Notes under the pieces: model-generated
Told to the model about the DNA's origin: nothing
The model's database searches: none
What the model saw: only the letters and a program-made list of their open reading frames with translations
Made by a program: the position numbers and the translations under genes
Source: Blastocatellia bacterium
Lineage (GTDB): Bacteria; Acidobacteriota; Blastocatellia; UBA7656
DNA length: 64,000 bases
NCBI GenBank assembly: GCA_963765495.1
Contig: CAVXWP010000009.1
Span: 269,653-333,652 of the forward strand
Direction: 5' to 3'
Shown here: positions 16,004-25,373 of the stretch, piece by piece
Numbering within the stretch: position 1 is the first letter of the stretch
Layout: every line of letters starts with the position of its first letter

Positions 16004-17323
16004 ATGAAGATTTGCCCACAATGCGCCGGCAGTTTTGATGATAAACTCACGATTTGCCCTAATGATAACGCCGAACTGATCCAGAGCACGGCCGGTCCCC
16101 CTGACCCTATGATCGGGAGAGTCCTTGCCGGGCGCTATCGCCTCACTCAAAAGATCGGCGAAGGCGGGATGGGCGTGATCTACAAAGCAATCCACGTGAT
16201 GATGGGCCGCACCTGCGCCATCAAGCTTCTCACAAACATCTCGGCGGACCACCAGACCGCCGTCGTCCGCTTCAACCGCGAGGCGAAGATGGCCAGCAGC
16301 ATAGATAACCCCCACGCGGTGACGATATTTGATTTCGGCGAAAATGAAGAAGGGGTGCTCTATCTGGTCATGGAGTTTATCGACGGCAAACCGCTTTCCC
16401 AGTTGATGATAAAGGAGAAGCAGGTTGATCCGAAACGAGCCGTCAATATAACGAGTCAGATAGCCGAAGCGCTGGAGGCCGCTCACCGCCTCGGGATAGT
16501 TCACCGCGATCTCAAACCCGACAATATAATGCTTTGTCAAAAGCCCGGCGAACCCGATTACGTCAAGGTGCTCGACTTCGGCATAGCCAAATCCGTCTCC
16601 GACGACGGATCAGACAATGTGACCAAAACGGGTTATGTCCTGGGCACGCCGGTCTATATGTCGCCCGAGCAACTGGCGGGCGAAAAGGTTGACGGTCGGT
16701 CGGACATTTATAGTCTTGCCATCATCGTCTACGAGATGATCTGCGGAGGTCTCCCCTTTGAAGGCGAAAACAGCCAGGCCATAATGATCAAGCGGATAAT
16801 GACCGATCCCGTTCCGCTCAGAGACCGCCTGCCCTCGGTAAACGATGCGCTCGAACGAGAGGTGATGGCGGCGCTTTCCCGCGATCCTGAAACCCGAACT
16901 CAAACGGTTCAGGCCTTCGCTTCTCAACTTCAAACGGCTCTCCAACTAAACACACAGATCATGGGCAGCCGCAACACTTCGGAGATAAGCGACGGCCAGA
17001 CAAGGGAATGGAGCAGCGCCAAACCTGATGGCGACAAAGCTACCGAACAGGCTACGGTGGCGGGCTCGGCCACGTCATTCGACACGCCGTCCTTTAATGA
17101 AAGCGCACGACGGCCCACGCAGGAAGATAGGGAAGTCAGCGGGCGCACACAGAATTTCACATCACAAAAAGGACCGGAACAGACAGGGCCTGCTCCGGTC
17201 GTAATTCCCACGTTGCTTGAAGACTCGCCCGCACCCCCCCCCCCGGGCCTCCCGAGAGCAGGCGCGCCGTTGTTGAGTCCCGATCCAGAAAGACGGGGCT
17301 TGGCTGGTGGGCAGGCGGCGTGA
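16004..17323 (+). CDS. Ser/Thr protein kinase with N-terminal zinc-ribbon and Pro-rich C-terminus
   Basis: Hanks kinase motifs (GEGGMGVIYKA, HRDLKPDN, DFG, SPE). N-terminal CPQC...CPND zinc ribbon. The ATG at 16004 is more plausible than the listed 15899. Confidence 0.85.
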   Translation: MKICPQCAGSFDDKLTICPNDNAELIQSTAGPPDPMIGRVLAGRYRLTQKIGEGGMGVIYKAIHVMMGRTCAIKLLTNISADHQTAVVRFNREAKMASSIDNPHAVTIFDFGENEEGVLYLVMEFIDGKPLSQLMIKEKQVDPKRAVNITSQIAEALEAAHRLGIVHRDLKPDNIMLCQKPGEPDYVKVLDFGIAKSVSDDGSDNVTKTGYVLGTPVYMSPEQLAGEKVDGRSDIYSLAIIVYEMICGGLPFEGENSQAIMIKRIMTDPVPLRDRLPSVNDALEREVMAALSRDPETRTQTVQAFASQLQTALQLNTQIMGSRNTSEISDGQTREWSSAKPDGDKATEQATVAGSATSFDTPSFNESARRPTQEDREVSGRTQNFTSQKGPEQTGPAPVVIPTLLEDSPAPPPPGLPRAGAPLLSPDPERRGLAGGQAA

Positions 17324-18345
17324 TTGGAGTAATCCTGCTCGCGCTGATCCTATATTTGCTCTTTTCCGGCTCATCGGGTTATCGGCTGACGGTCAAAGGC
17401 GCTCCGGCGGGCAGTGATGTCTTTATCAACAATGAACGCAAAGGCGCTATCTCAAACGACGGGACCCTGACTCTTTCCAATCTCGAACCGGGGCAGATGT
17501 CGCTGAGAATCTCGCGGCAGGGCTACGCCGATTTCACTGCTACGCTGACAGGCGAGAAAGGCGAAACGAGGGCTATCGAGGCGGCGCTTTTGCCCATGGA
17601 GGTTGATTATGACGGCCAGATGGCGCTCGTCCCGGCGGGCGAATTCAGCATGGGGGCCAACGATCATGACGCCAACGAGAAACCCGCGCATCAGGTCACG
17701 CTGCCCGCTTACTACATAGACAAATTCGAAGTCACAAACGCGCAATACAAGAAATTCTGCGATGAGGCCTCCCGGCCTTATCCGAAGAACGCCTTCGACG
17801 AGAACTATTTCAAAGACAACCCCAATGCGCCGGTCGTGGGAATAAGCTGGGATGATGCGGCGGCATACGCCAGATGGGCCGGCAAGCGATTGCCTACCGA
17901 AGCCGAATGGGAGAAAGCCGCCTCGTGGGACCCCGCCTCGCAGCAGAAGAGGCAATATCCGTGGGGCGACAACCCCGAGGGCGCAAGCGCGAATGTCGGG
18001 CGAAACCCGAGTCAGCCGAAATTCGTCGCCGTAGGCCAGTATGCCGGAGATGTCAGCGCCTACGGCGTTCACGACATGGCGGGCAATGCCCCCGAATGGG
18101 TTGATGCATATTATAAAGCTTATGAAGGCAACCCTACGGCTGACTCAAACTTCGGAACAAAGTACAAAGTGGTGCGTGGCGGCAGCAACATAGCGCAATT
18201 GAGCGATGCAAGGACCACTCACAGGTTTTCTCACCCCTGGGAAGCCGAGTCGGATCAAAAGCCTTACTGGCTGGTTGGGTTCCGGTGCGCGATCTCTGCC
18301 GATGACGCTAAAATCCAGGAACGCCTGCGCGCCCGTAGTCAGTAG
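17320..18345 (+). CDS. Membrane-anchored PEGA-domain + FGE-sulfatase (SUMF1-like) domain protein
   Basis: N-terminal TM helix, PEGA-like beta domain, then a formylglycine-generating-enzyme-like domain (GANDHDANEKPAHQV...YKVVRGGS). Its start overlaps the kinase stop (ATGA), implying translational coupling. Confidence 0.75.
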   Translation: MIGVILLALILYLLFSGSSGYRLTVKGAPAGSDVFINNERKGAISNDGTLTLSNLEPGQMSLRISRQGYADFTATLTGEKGETRAIEAALLPMEVDYDGQMALVPAGEFSMGANDHDANEKPAHQVTLPAYYIDKFEVTNAQYKKFCDEASRPYPKNAFDENYFKDNPNAPVVGISWDDAAAYARWAGKRLPTEAEWEKAASWDPASQQKRQYPWGDNPEGASANVGRNPSQPKFVAVGQYAGDVSAYGVHDMAGNAPEWVDAYYKAYEGNPTADSNFGTKYKVVRGGSNIAQLSDARTTHRFSHPWEAESDQKPYWLVGFRCAISADDAKIQERLRARSQ

Positions 18346-18355
18346 GAAAGCAACT

Positions 18356-19138
18356 ATGAGAATCGACCGAAAACTATTCAAGGCTGTAATGCTTGCAGTC
18401 TCAATCGGAGGCTTCGTCGCTCAGGCGATTATCACCACACCTGCGCTCGCGCAATCGAATAACCCGCTTGTCTGGGAACCCCCTCCCGCAAAGATCAAGC
18501 GGGTGAAGAAGGTTGATCGCAAGCCGAAGCGTGTCATACGTACAGGAACGGTTGAGAAAGCCACGCTGCTGACGCTTCAGTATCAGGTTTACAAACGCGG
18601 AGACGGAAACGTCAAAGAAGAGGTAGACCCGCAGACGGTCTTTCAAGAAGGAGACCAGGTAAAATTTGCAGTAGCCACGAATCAGGACGGGTACCTCTAT
18701 ATCATCAACCAGCCGGAAGGAAAAGACGGCGTAGTGCTGTTCCCAAGCCCGCAAATCAATCAGGGTCAAAACAAGGTTAAGAAAAACGAGTTGTTTCTTA
18801 TCCCCTCCTACTGTAAGGAAGTTGAAGGATTGCAGAAACCCGAAGATTGCTGGTTTGAGATGAGACCCCCGGCCGGACGCGAAAGAATAATTATCATCTT
18901 CAGCCGCGATGAGATAACCACGCTTCCCAATCAGGTCGCAAAGGCATACGGCGCGGTCAAAGGGGAAATAATCGCCGGACTTATTAAAAGCTCGGGGCAG
19001 AATAAGGTGCAGGAAACCGGCGAGCTTCGCATACCCGGTCTGAGCGAAACTATGATGTTTGCCACGCGGGTGCAAAATACGAACCTCAAAGACAACGAAG
19101 AACTCATCGCGACGTTTGATATCAATCACGGAGAGTGA
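18356..19138 (+). CDS. Secreted DUF4384-domain protein
   Basis: Signal peptide, then the DUF4384-like core GDQVKFAVATNQDGYLYIINQPEGKDGVVLFP. ATG at 18356. Confidence 0.6.
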   Translation: MRIDRKLFKAVMLAVSIGGFVAQAIITTPALAQSNNPLVWEPPPAKIKRVKKVDRKPKRVIRTGTVEKATLLTLQYQVYKRGDGNVKEEVDPQTVFQEGDQVKFAVATNQDGYLYIINQPEGKDGVVLFPSPQINQGQNKVKKNELFLIPSYCKEVEGLQKPEDCWFEMRPPAGRERIIIIFSRDEITTLPNQVAKAYGAVKGEIIAGLIKSSGQNKVQETGELRIPGLSETMMFATRVQNTNLKDNEELIATFDINHGE

Positions 19139-19163
19139 GTTGATTGATGAAAGGAGCTATGAA

Positions 19164-19922
19164 ATGAAAGCGATTATCAGATTAATCATCGCTTCGATAA
19201 TGACGGCCAGCCTCGCTACGGCCGTTTCGGCCACCTCACAAAAGGGAGCAGAAACCGGAGCAAGAAAAAGACAGACCCGCCGCAGCGACAGCGCGCGCGC
19301 GCGCTCTCTGTTTGTCAACAAGAGCGCCGATGCCATGCGCGTCGTGATATTGAAAGCCGACGGCGATACCTATGTGCCTACGGACCCAGGTCAGGAATTC
19401 AAGCAGGGCGATCAGATCAAGGTCGATTTCTACAGTAATTTCAAAGGCTATGTTTATATAGTCAATGTTGCGCCGAGCGGACAGAAATGCGTGCTCTTCC
19501 CTTACGCCGAAGAGGCAGACAACCAAATAGCCCCGGACAAGGCTTATACGCTGCCGCGAACCGGAGCCATACAATTCGATGAAGAGAAAGGCACAGAGGT
19601 GCTTCAGGTAATAATGTCTCGCGACCGCATCGCGTTTCTTGATGCCGCGACAAAGAATGAAAACGGCTGTATAACAGATTCGGCTTCAAGTGTTGCAAAC
19701 GAGCTTGCCGGGAATAAAGGCGGTCTCGAAGCCGAAAAGACCGTATCTGTTCTACCAAAATCGGGACCGCATGCCCTCCGGTCGCGCGATATCATTCTGG
19801 CAGCAGGCAAAGACAAAGAGCCGGAAGGTTCATACGTAGCCATTTCCGACAGCAACGGTTCAAACGGCACGCTAAAATCGGGCGAGGTCGTCGTCTTTGA
19901 TATCCGGCTCAAACACAATTGA
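19164..19922 (+). CDS. Secreted DUF4384-domain protein (paralog of the previous gene)
   Basis: Signal peptide, then GDQIKVDFYSNFKGYVYIVNVAPSGQKCVLFP. SD AAAGGAG before the ATG at 19164. Confidence 0.6.
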   Translation: MKAIIRLIIASIMTASLATAVSATSQKGAETGARKRQTRRSDSARARSLFVNKSADAMRVVILKADGDTYVPTDPGQEFKQGDQIKVDFYSNFKGYVYIVNVAPSGQKCVLFPYAEEADNQIAPDKAYTLPRTGAIQFDEEKGTEVLQVIMSRDRIAFLDAATKNENGCITDSASSVANELAGNKGGLEAEKTVSVLPKSGPHALRSRDIILAAGKDKEPEGSYVAISDSNGSNGTLKSGEVVVFDIRLKHN

Positions 19923-19936
19923 GAGGACAGCTTTAG

Positions 19937-21166
19937 TTGAAACTCGAATTCCTCACCAAGAAAACCGGGCAACTCAAGCTCGGCTCTGTTTGTCTATTTT
20001 TGGCAATCTCTTTTTCCGCCGCGCACGCGCGTCCGCAACGGGCCGGCCCGCCTCCGCCGGGGAAAAAGTCTGTCCGGGCCAGAAACCTGACGCCCGAAGC
20101 ACGCGCTCAAATCCGGCAGGCCGTCTCTGCGGTAGGTATGATTCTGATTCGCAGCGCAAACGATCCTCGCAACCCCGAACCGAAGCCGCGAGGGTCAGGT
20201 GTCATCGTGCGATCAGACGGTGTGGTGGTGACCAATTATCACGTCATCGCAGATGATAGTACCAATCATTTTTACCCCGAAATCTTCTTCAACCTCGCAT
20301 CCTCCGGCGCAGAGGCTACATCGACCTCGCACCGTTATCGCTTGAAACCGATTTTGACGAGCAAGGATTATGATCTGGCGCTGCTGCGCATAGAATCCGA
20401 TAGCGAGGGAAACCTTGTTCCGGGTTCTATGGTCTTTCCTACAATCGAACTGGGCGATTCCAAATCGGTAGAGTTGCTCGATGATTTGACGATAATCGGG
20501 TTCCCGGAAAAAGGCGGGTTGACCGTAACGGTCAACCCCGGGGTGGTCGAGGGCAAAGATATTCTTGGGAACTGGATAAAGACCGACGCGCGCGTGATAC
20601 ACGGCAACAGCGGCGGCGCGGCGGTCAATAATCAGGGCAAACTCGTTGGCATCCCCACAAAAGTCTACGCCGATGCGCGACCGATTGATAAGAACGGGGA
20701 CGGATTCCCCGATGAAGTTCAACAGTATGGAGCGGTCGGGTTTTTACGGCCCTCTAATCTGGTTGCGGCCATGCTCGGACAACTCGATAACAGCGATATG
20801 TCGGCTGCGCCAGCGCGACCGGCAGCGCCGGACAGAAGACTGAGCAGCGTAGTTCCTAAAGAGCTTCCTTCAACACCCGGGGTTGAAGTGCGCGGCATAG
20901 TCAGGACAATACCCGGCGGCAAAGTGCTTGCGGGCGTGCGAGTCGGGTTGATTCCGCTCGGCAGCGACACCGTGACTAAAGATAATCTGCTGACATGGGG
21001 CGGGACAAATGCCGACGGCGAATTCGTCCTGAATCAGCCGGTGCCGCCGGGCCGTTATACCCTGAAGGCAACCGCGCTCGGATTCAAACCCTATTCGAGC
21101 GATGTCGAGATAGGCACCGAGATCACGCGTATTCTGATCGAGATGCAGCCGTCGAATAAACGATAA
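19937..21166 (+). CDS. Secreted trypsin-like (S1/HtrA-type) serine protease with C-terminal carboxypeptidase-regulatory-like beta domain
   Basis: TTG start with signal peptide; catalytic triad context (TNYHV, D, GNSGGA); C-terminal Ig/CarboxypepD_reg-like segment. Confidence 0.75.
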   Translation: MKLEFLTKKTGQLKLGSVCLFLAISFSAAHARPQRAGPPPPGKKSVRARNLTPEARAQIRQAVSAVGMILIRSANDPRNPEPKPRGSGVIVRSDGVVVTNYHVIADDSTNHFYPEIFFNLASSGAEATSTSHRYRLKPILTSKDYDLALLRIESDSEGNLVPGSMVFPTIELGDSKSVELLDDLTIIGFPEKGGLTVTVNPGVVEGKDILGNWIKTDARVIHGNSGGAAVNNQGKLVGIPTKVYADARPIDKNGDGFPDEVQQYGAVGFLRPSNLVAAMLGQLDNSDMSAAPARPAAPDRRLSSVVPKELPSTPGVEVRGIVRTIPGGKVLAGVRVGLIPLGSDTVTKDNLLTWGGTNADGEFVLNQPVPPGRYTLKATALGFKPYSSDVEIGTEITRILIEMQPSNKR

Positions 21167-21202
21167 GCGATAGTCATCCGGTCTCCCGCAACAGGTAGTT
21201 CA

Positions 21203-21244
21203 GGCGAATAGAAATAGGCCGGGACGGCCTATTTCTATTCGCCT
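21203..21244. terminator. Solo copy of the MITE inner-hairpin base (GGCGAATAGAAATAGGCCGGGACGGCCTATTTCTATTCGCC) downstream of the protease gene
   Basis: Perfect 19-bp arms that share the AATAGGCCGGGACGG motif of the MITE inner stem. Lies 37 bp after the stop at 21166. Confidence 0.5.
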
Positions 21245-21394
21245 TTCGTTCAACTTCATCTCAACTGTTATCTGTGCCGGACAGATCGTAAAGCCCTTGC
21301 GTCGAGAGCTTGCGACCACTGAAACCGCCGTGTTAGATTGAGTTTCACTGTAATACTTTTCAATTCCGCCTTACGGCAATGGGGGTAAAACCAA

Positions 21395-22579
21395 ATGACA
21401 CAATCTGCCACAGCACAATCTGAAAACGCGCCGCGCCCGCTCACTTCGCTCACGGACGAAGAGATGCTGTTTCGCCAGTCGGTGCGCGAATTCGCGGAAC
21501 AGGAGATTCGCCCGCTCGCACACGAAATGGATGAAAAAGGTAAATTTTCTTCCGAACTTATAAAGCAATTTTTCGATCTCGGGCTTATGGGCATAGGCAT
21601 CCCGGAAGAGTACGGCGGGCAGGGCGGCAACTTCTTTAACGCGATCCTTGCCGTCGAAGAGCTATCGCGCGTAGACGCATCGGCAGGCGTAATAGTTGAT
21701 GTGCAAAACACTCTGGTAAACAATGCCATCCTGCTGTGGGGCAACGAGGATCAGAAGAAGCGGTACTGTCCAAAGCTCGCAACCGACACCGTAGGCGCTT
21801 ACGCGCTTTCAGAAGCCGGTTCGGGAAGCGATGCCTTCGGGCTTGCCACTCGCGCCGAAGACAAAGGCGATCACTTCCTGCTCAACGGTCAGAAACTCTG
21901 GATCACAAACGGAGCCGAAGCCGGTCTTTTTATAGTCTTTGCCAATATCAACCCCGAACAGGGTTATCGCGGCATCACGGCTTTTCTTGTCGAAAGAGAC
22001 TTTCCCGGCTTCACCGTAGGCAAGAAAGAAGACAAGCTAGGCATCCGCGCAAGCTCTACGTGCGAGCTTATACTTGAAAACTGTGAAGTAAAAAAAGAGA
22101 ACGTGCTCGGCGAAGTGGGACGCGGATACAAGATCGCCATCGAAACGCTCAACGAAGGCCGCATAGGCATCGGCTCGCAGATGGTAGGTCTCTCGCAGGG
22201 CGCGCTCGAATACGGCATCGCCTATACAAAGGAGCGCACGCAATTCGGTCGCCCGATTGCAAAGTTTCAGGGCGTGCAGTTTCAGATCGCCCAGATAGCG
22301 ACCGAGCTTGAAGCCGCGCGATTGATGGTCTATAACGCGGCTCGGCTAAAAGACGCGGGCGAAGATTACGTCACACAGGCGGCAATGGCCAAGCTTTTCA
22401 CCTCGCAGGTGGCAGAGCGCGTCACCTCGCAGGTCGTCGAACTTTACGGCGGATACGGATACACCAAAGATTACCCCGCCGAAAAATACTATCGCGATGC
22501 AAAGATCGGCAAGATTTACGAAGGCACATCAAACATGCAGCTTCAAACCATCGCCAAACAGATAATCGGCGATGTGTAA
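21395..22579 (+). CDS. Acyl-CoA dehydrogenase (short/branched-chain type)
   Basis: 394 aa, canonical ACAD N/M/C domains and C-terminal YEGTSNMQ motif. Confidence 0.9.
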   Translation: MTQSATAQSENAPRPLTSLTDEEMLFRQSVREFAEQEIRPLAHEMDEKGKFSSELIKQFFDLGLMGIGIPEEYGGQGGNFFNAILAVEELSRVDASAGVIVDVQNTLVNNAILLWGNEDQKKRYCPKLATDTVGAYALSEAGSGSDAFGLATRAEDKGDHFLLNGQKLWITNGAEAGLFIVFANINPEQGYRGITAFLVERDFPGFTVGKKEDKLGIRASSTCELILENCEVKKENVLGEVGRGYKIAIETLNEGRIGIGSQMVGLSQGALEYGIAYTKERTQFGRPIAKFQGVQFQIAQIATELEAARLMVYNAARLKDAGEDYVTQAAMAKLFTSQVAERVTSQVVELYGGYGYTKDYPAEKYYRDAKIGKIYEGTSNMQLQTIAKQIIGDV

Positions 22580-22760
22580 AAGCCCTGCCAATGCATGATG
22601 CGTGATTATCGTGATGCGTGATTCGTGATTTAGCAGGCTTGCAAGTCGTTTAAAATCGGCGGCCTGCCTGAAAGTCACGAATCACGCATCGTTTCCCCCA
22701 TCTTTGAAGCAAGTAATCACTCGTGTTAATATGCGTTTCAGGGTGTTTTGGGAGGATGAT

Positions 22761-23024
22761 ATGAAACGCGCACCGGGTATTTTTCTGGGTTTGGTGCTTG
22801 CCGCCGGAATTGTCATAGCCACCGCCGTAGAGCCTCACCCGTCATCAGCGACAGCAACGGTTTCCGCGTCGAATCTTGTCTACGCGGGTCCGACGAGTAA
22901 AACTTATCACGCTCAGGAATGCAAAGCGCTCCGGCGTGTTCGCCCGGCAAAACTCATCAGAATGAATCGAGACGATGCCGAAGCCGCGGGCTATATCGCC
23001 TGTAATGTCTGCTTTCGCCGGTAA
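22761..23024 (+). CDS. Small secreted Cys-containing hypothetical protein (87 aa)
   Basis: GGAGG SD before the ATG at 22761; signal-peptide-like N-terminus; C..C....CNVC pattern; followed by a perfect 24-bp-arm hairpin terminator. Confidence 0.5.
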   Translation: MKRAPGIFLGLVLAAGIVIATAVEPHPSSATATVSASNLVYAGPTSKTYHAQECKALRRVRPAKLIRMNRDDAEAAGYIACNVCFRR

Positions 23025-23054
23025 GCAATCAGCCCGAAAAAATTCGCCACAGAG

Positions 23055-23099
23055 GCACAAAGACACAGAGAAAAGATTTTGATAAACCTCTGTGTCTTT
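23055..23099. terminator. Strong hairpin, probable Rho-independent terminator after the small Cys protein gene
   Basis: 24-bp perfect arms CCACAGAGGCACAAAGACACAGAG / CTCTGTGTCTTTGTGCCTCTGTGG with a 17-nt loop. Confidence 0.55.
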
Positions 23100-23251
23100 G
23101 TGCCTCTGTGGCTATTTCGACCTTTTAGAGCCTTCACGCTTTTGTCAAAACCTTGCTTCTCAGGTTAAAATATATCTTACGATGCAACGAGCCTTGAACC
23201 CGGCCGATGCTGCTCTGTCCTGGCTTTTCATTTTTTGTTGAGGAGACTTAG

Positions 23252-25264
23252 ATGATTGAAAGTTTGATTCATCGGGAGGTTGAGAAACGCCCGTCCAAAG
23301 TTCAGATCAAGGGCAGGATTCTCTTTCTTGCCGAAGAAGCCGAACTGGTGAGAACCCAGATTGAAGGCAATGATTTAGACATAAATAATATCCCTTCGCT
23401 CAGGAATGACATTTCCACAGACGAGATCACGCCAGCCTATATTTGCTATCATTTTGATGAAAAGCTGGGCGAGTTTGTCTATATCGGGCTCAAGTGCGGC
23501 GATGAGTTCCCCATAAAACGCGGCGATGTGAAAAACGGAGGTTTCGAAGTCTCCGTATCGGGCAAGCGACGGGGCAAGGGCTCAAGCCGCGAACAATCCC
23601 CTTACGCTGAAATCGCCGCGGGCATTCGCCTCGTAATAGCCGAAAACATCGAACGGATTTACAGGCAGAACTGCCAGAACCTCGGCCTGCTCACCTCGAC
23701 CGATTTCAGCCTCATCCCTCGCATAGCCCGGGGTGAAGAGATACCGCTCGAAGAATTCACGCGCGGCGAAGACGAGATAACACGCCAGATCATCGAGTAC
23801 GGCGGGCTGTTTACTTTCAACGTAGCGCGGCTTCAGGGCAAAGTCTCTTTGCCTGAAATCACGACCCAAAAACGTCCGATGACGCTGGCCGAAAAAATCT
23901 TTGCGAATCGCTTTGTCACCGATCCGGCAAAAGGCGCTACGGGAGTCGAAGCGGTCAAGCCGGGCGACACAGGTTTTGTCCGTACCGATATTCGGTTCAG
24001 CCACGAATACGTAACGCCGATGGCGGCGATTTTTTATGAATCGCTGGTCGGCAACGAACCCGTCAACGATCCGTCGTCAATATACTTTTTCCAGGACCAC
24101 CTGACTTTTCTTGACGACGTGATGCCGCCCGAGCGGCGCGCTATGGGATTGCTCGATCTGGCGCACGAGCTTATACGCAAACAGGCGGAGTTTGCCGACA
24201 AGCAGGGCATACGTCTGCACGGACAACTCAAGGATCGCAAAGGCTCCGAGGCGATCTGCCATAGCCTTATCCTTCAAAACTACGCCCTGCCCGGCCAGAT
24301 CATCATCGGCTCGGATTCTCACACGCCGCACGCGGGAGCCGTCGGATGCATAGCCTTCGGCGTGGGAACTACCGATATATTCAATTCCTGGATCACGAAA
24401 GATGTCCGCGTACGCGTGCCCGAACAGGTGCAGATAAAAGTCACCGGACACAAGCCCGACAACATCACCGCGAAAGATTTCATGCTTGCGATACTCAGGA
24501 CCGACTTTGTCCGAAACGGCGACGCTATCGGCAAGATAGTCGAATACACGGGTGAAGCCGTAAGCGACCTCAACATTGACGAGCGCGCCACGATGACCAA
24601 CATGGCCGCCGAGGTAGGAGCCTTCACAGGGCTTGTCGGGGCCGATGAAAAGACCGTCGAATTTCTTATGGAGCGAGGTCTCTCGCCGGATGAAGCCGCT
24701 CGATTATGCGAGGGGATGCAAAGCGACCCCGATGCCCAGTATGCGCTTACCATAGAGATCGACGCGAACCAGTTGCGCCCGATGGTGGCGACTCCCGGCG
24801 ATCCCGGAAACGGCGTCTATATCGACGAGTTGCCCGGCACGGTCAAGGTTGACATCGCATACGGCGGGTCCTGCACGGCGGGCAAAAAAGAAGATATGGA
24901 TATGTATGCGCGGGTGTTTCGTGAAGCCCTCGTTCGCGGGCAGCGCGTTCACCCCGACACCCAGTGCTTTATTCAATTCGGCTCGCAGGAGGTTCGCAAG
25001 CACTGCGAGCAGCAGGGCTACATTGACATATTCGAGCAGGTCGGCGCGACGATAATAGAGCCGAGTTGCGGGGCCTGCATCAACGCCGGTCCCGGGGTCA
25101 GCACCTTGAAGGAGCAGGTAGTTATCAGCGCGCAGAATCGAAATTTCCCAGGGCGCAGCGGACCCGGTCAGATGTATCTGGCCTCGCCCTATACCGTGGC
25201 TGCCTCCGCGATAGCCGGGCACATAGTCGAATACCGTCCCGCTTCGGCAGCCTCTGTCAAGTAA
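23252..25264 (+). CDS. Aconitase-family hydro-lyase with N-terminal LeuD-like swivel domain fused to a LeuC-like catalytic domain
   Basis: 670 aa; SD GAGGAG; aconitase-family signatures GSDSHTP and the Cys ligand region; domain order is swivel first, then the catalytic domains. Confidence 0.75.
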   Translation: MIESLIHREVEKRPSKVQIKGRILFLAEEAELVRTQIEGNDLDINNIPSLRNDISTDEITPAYICYHFDEKLGEFVYIGLKCGDEFPIKRGDVKNGGFEVSVSGKRRGKGSSREQSPYAEIAAGIRLVIAENIERIYRQNCQNLGLLTSTDFSLIPRIARGEEIPLEEFTRGEDEITRQIIEYGGLFTFNVARLQGKVSLPEITTQKRPMTLAEKIFANRFVTDPAKGATGVEAVKPGDTGFVRTDIRFSHEYVTPMAAIFYESLVGNEPVNDPSSIYFFQDHLTFLDDVMPPERRAMGLLDLAHELIRKQAEFADKQGIRLHGQLKDRKGSEAICHSLILQNYALPGQIIIGSDSHTPHAGAVGCIAFGVGTTDIFNSWITKDVRVRVPEQVQIKVTGHKPDNITAKDFMLAILRTDFVRNGDAIGKIVEYTGEAVSDLNIDERATMTNMAAEVGAFTGLVGADEKTVEFLMERGLSPDEAARLCEGMQSDPDAQYALTIEIDANQLRPMVATPGDPGNGVYIDELPGTVKVDIAYGGSCTAGKKEDMDMYARVFREALVRGQRVHPDTQCFIQFGSQEVRKHCEQQGYIDIFEQVGATIIEPSCGACINAGPGVSTLKEQVVISAQNRNFPGRSGPGQMYLASPYTVAASAIAGHIVEYRPASAASVK

Positions 25265-25373
25265 TTAATGACACTTGATGCGTGATGCGTGAGATTTGCG
25301 ACGAGTTTTTAATCAGCTACCTACCTGAAAATCACGCATCACGCATCAAGTGTCACTCTGAGGAGATAACTCG

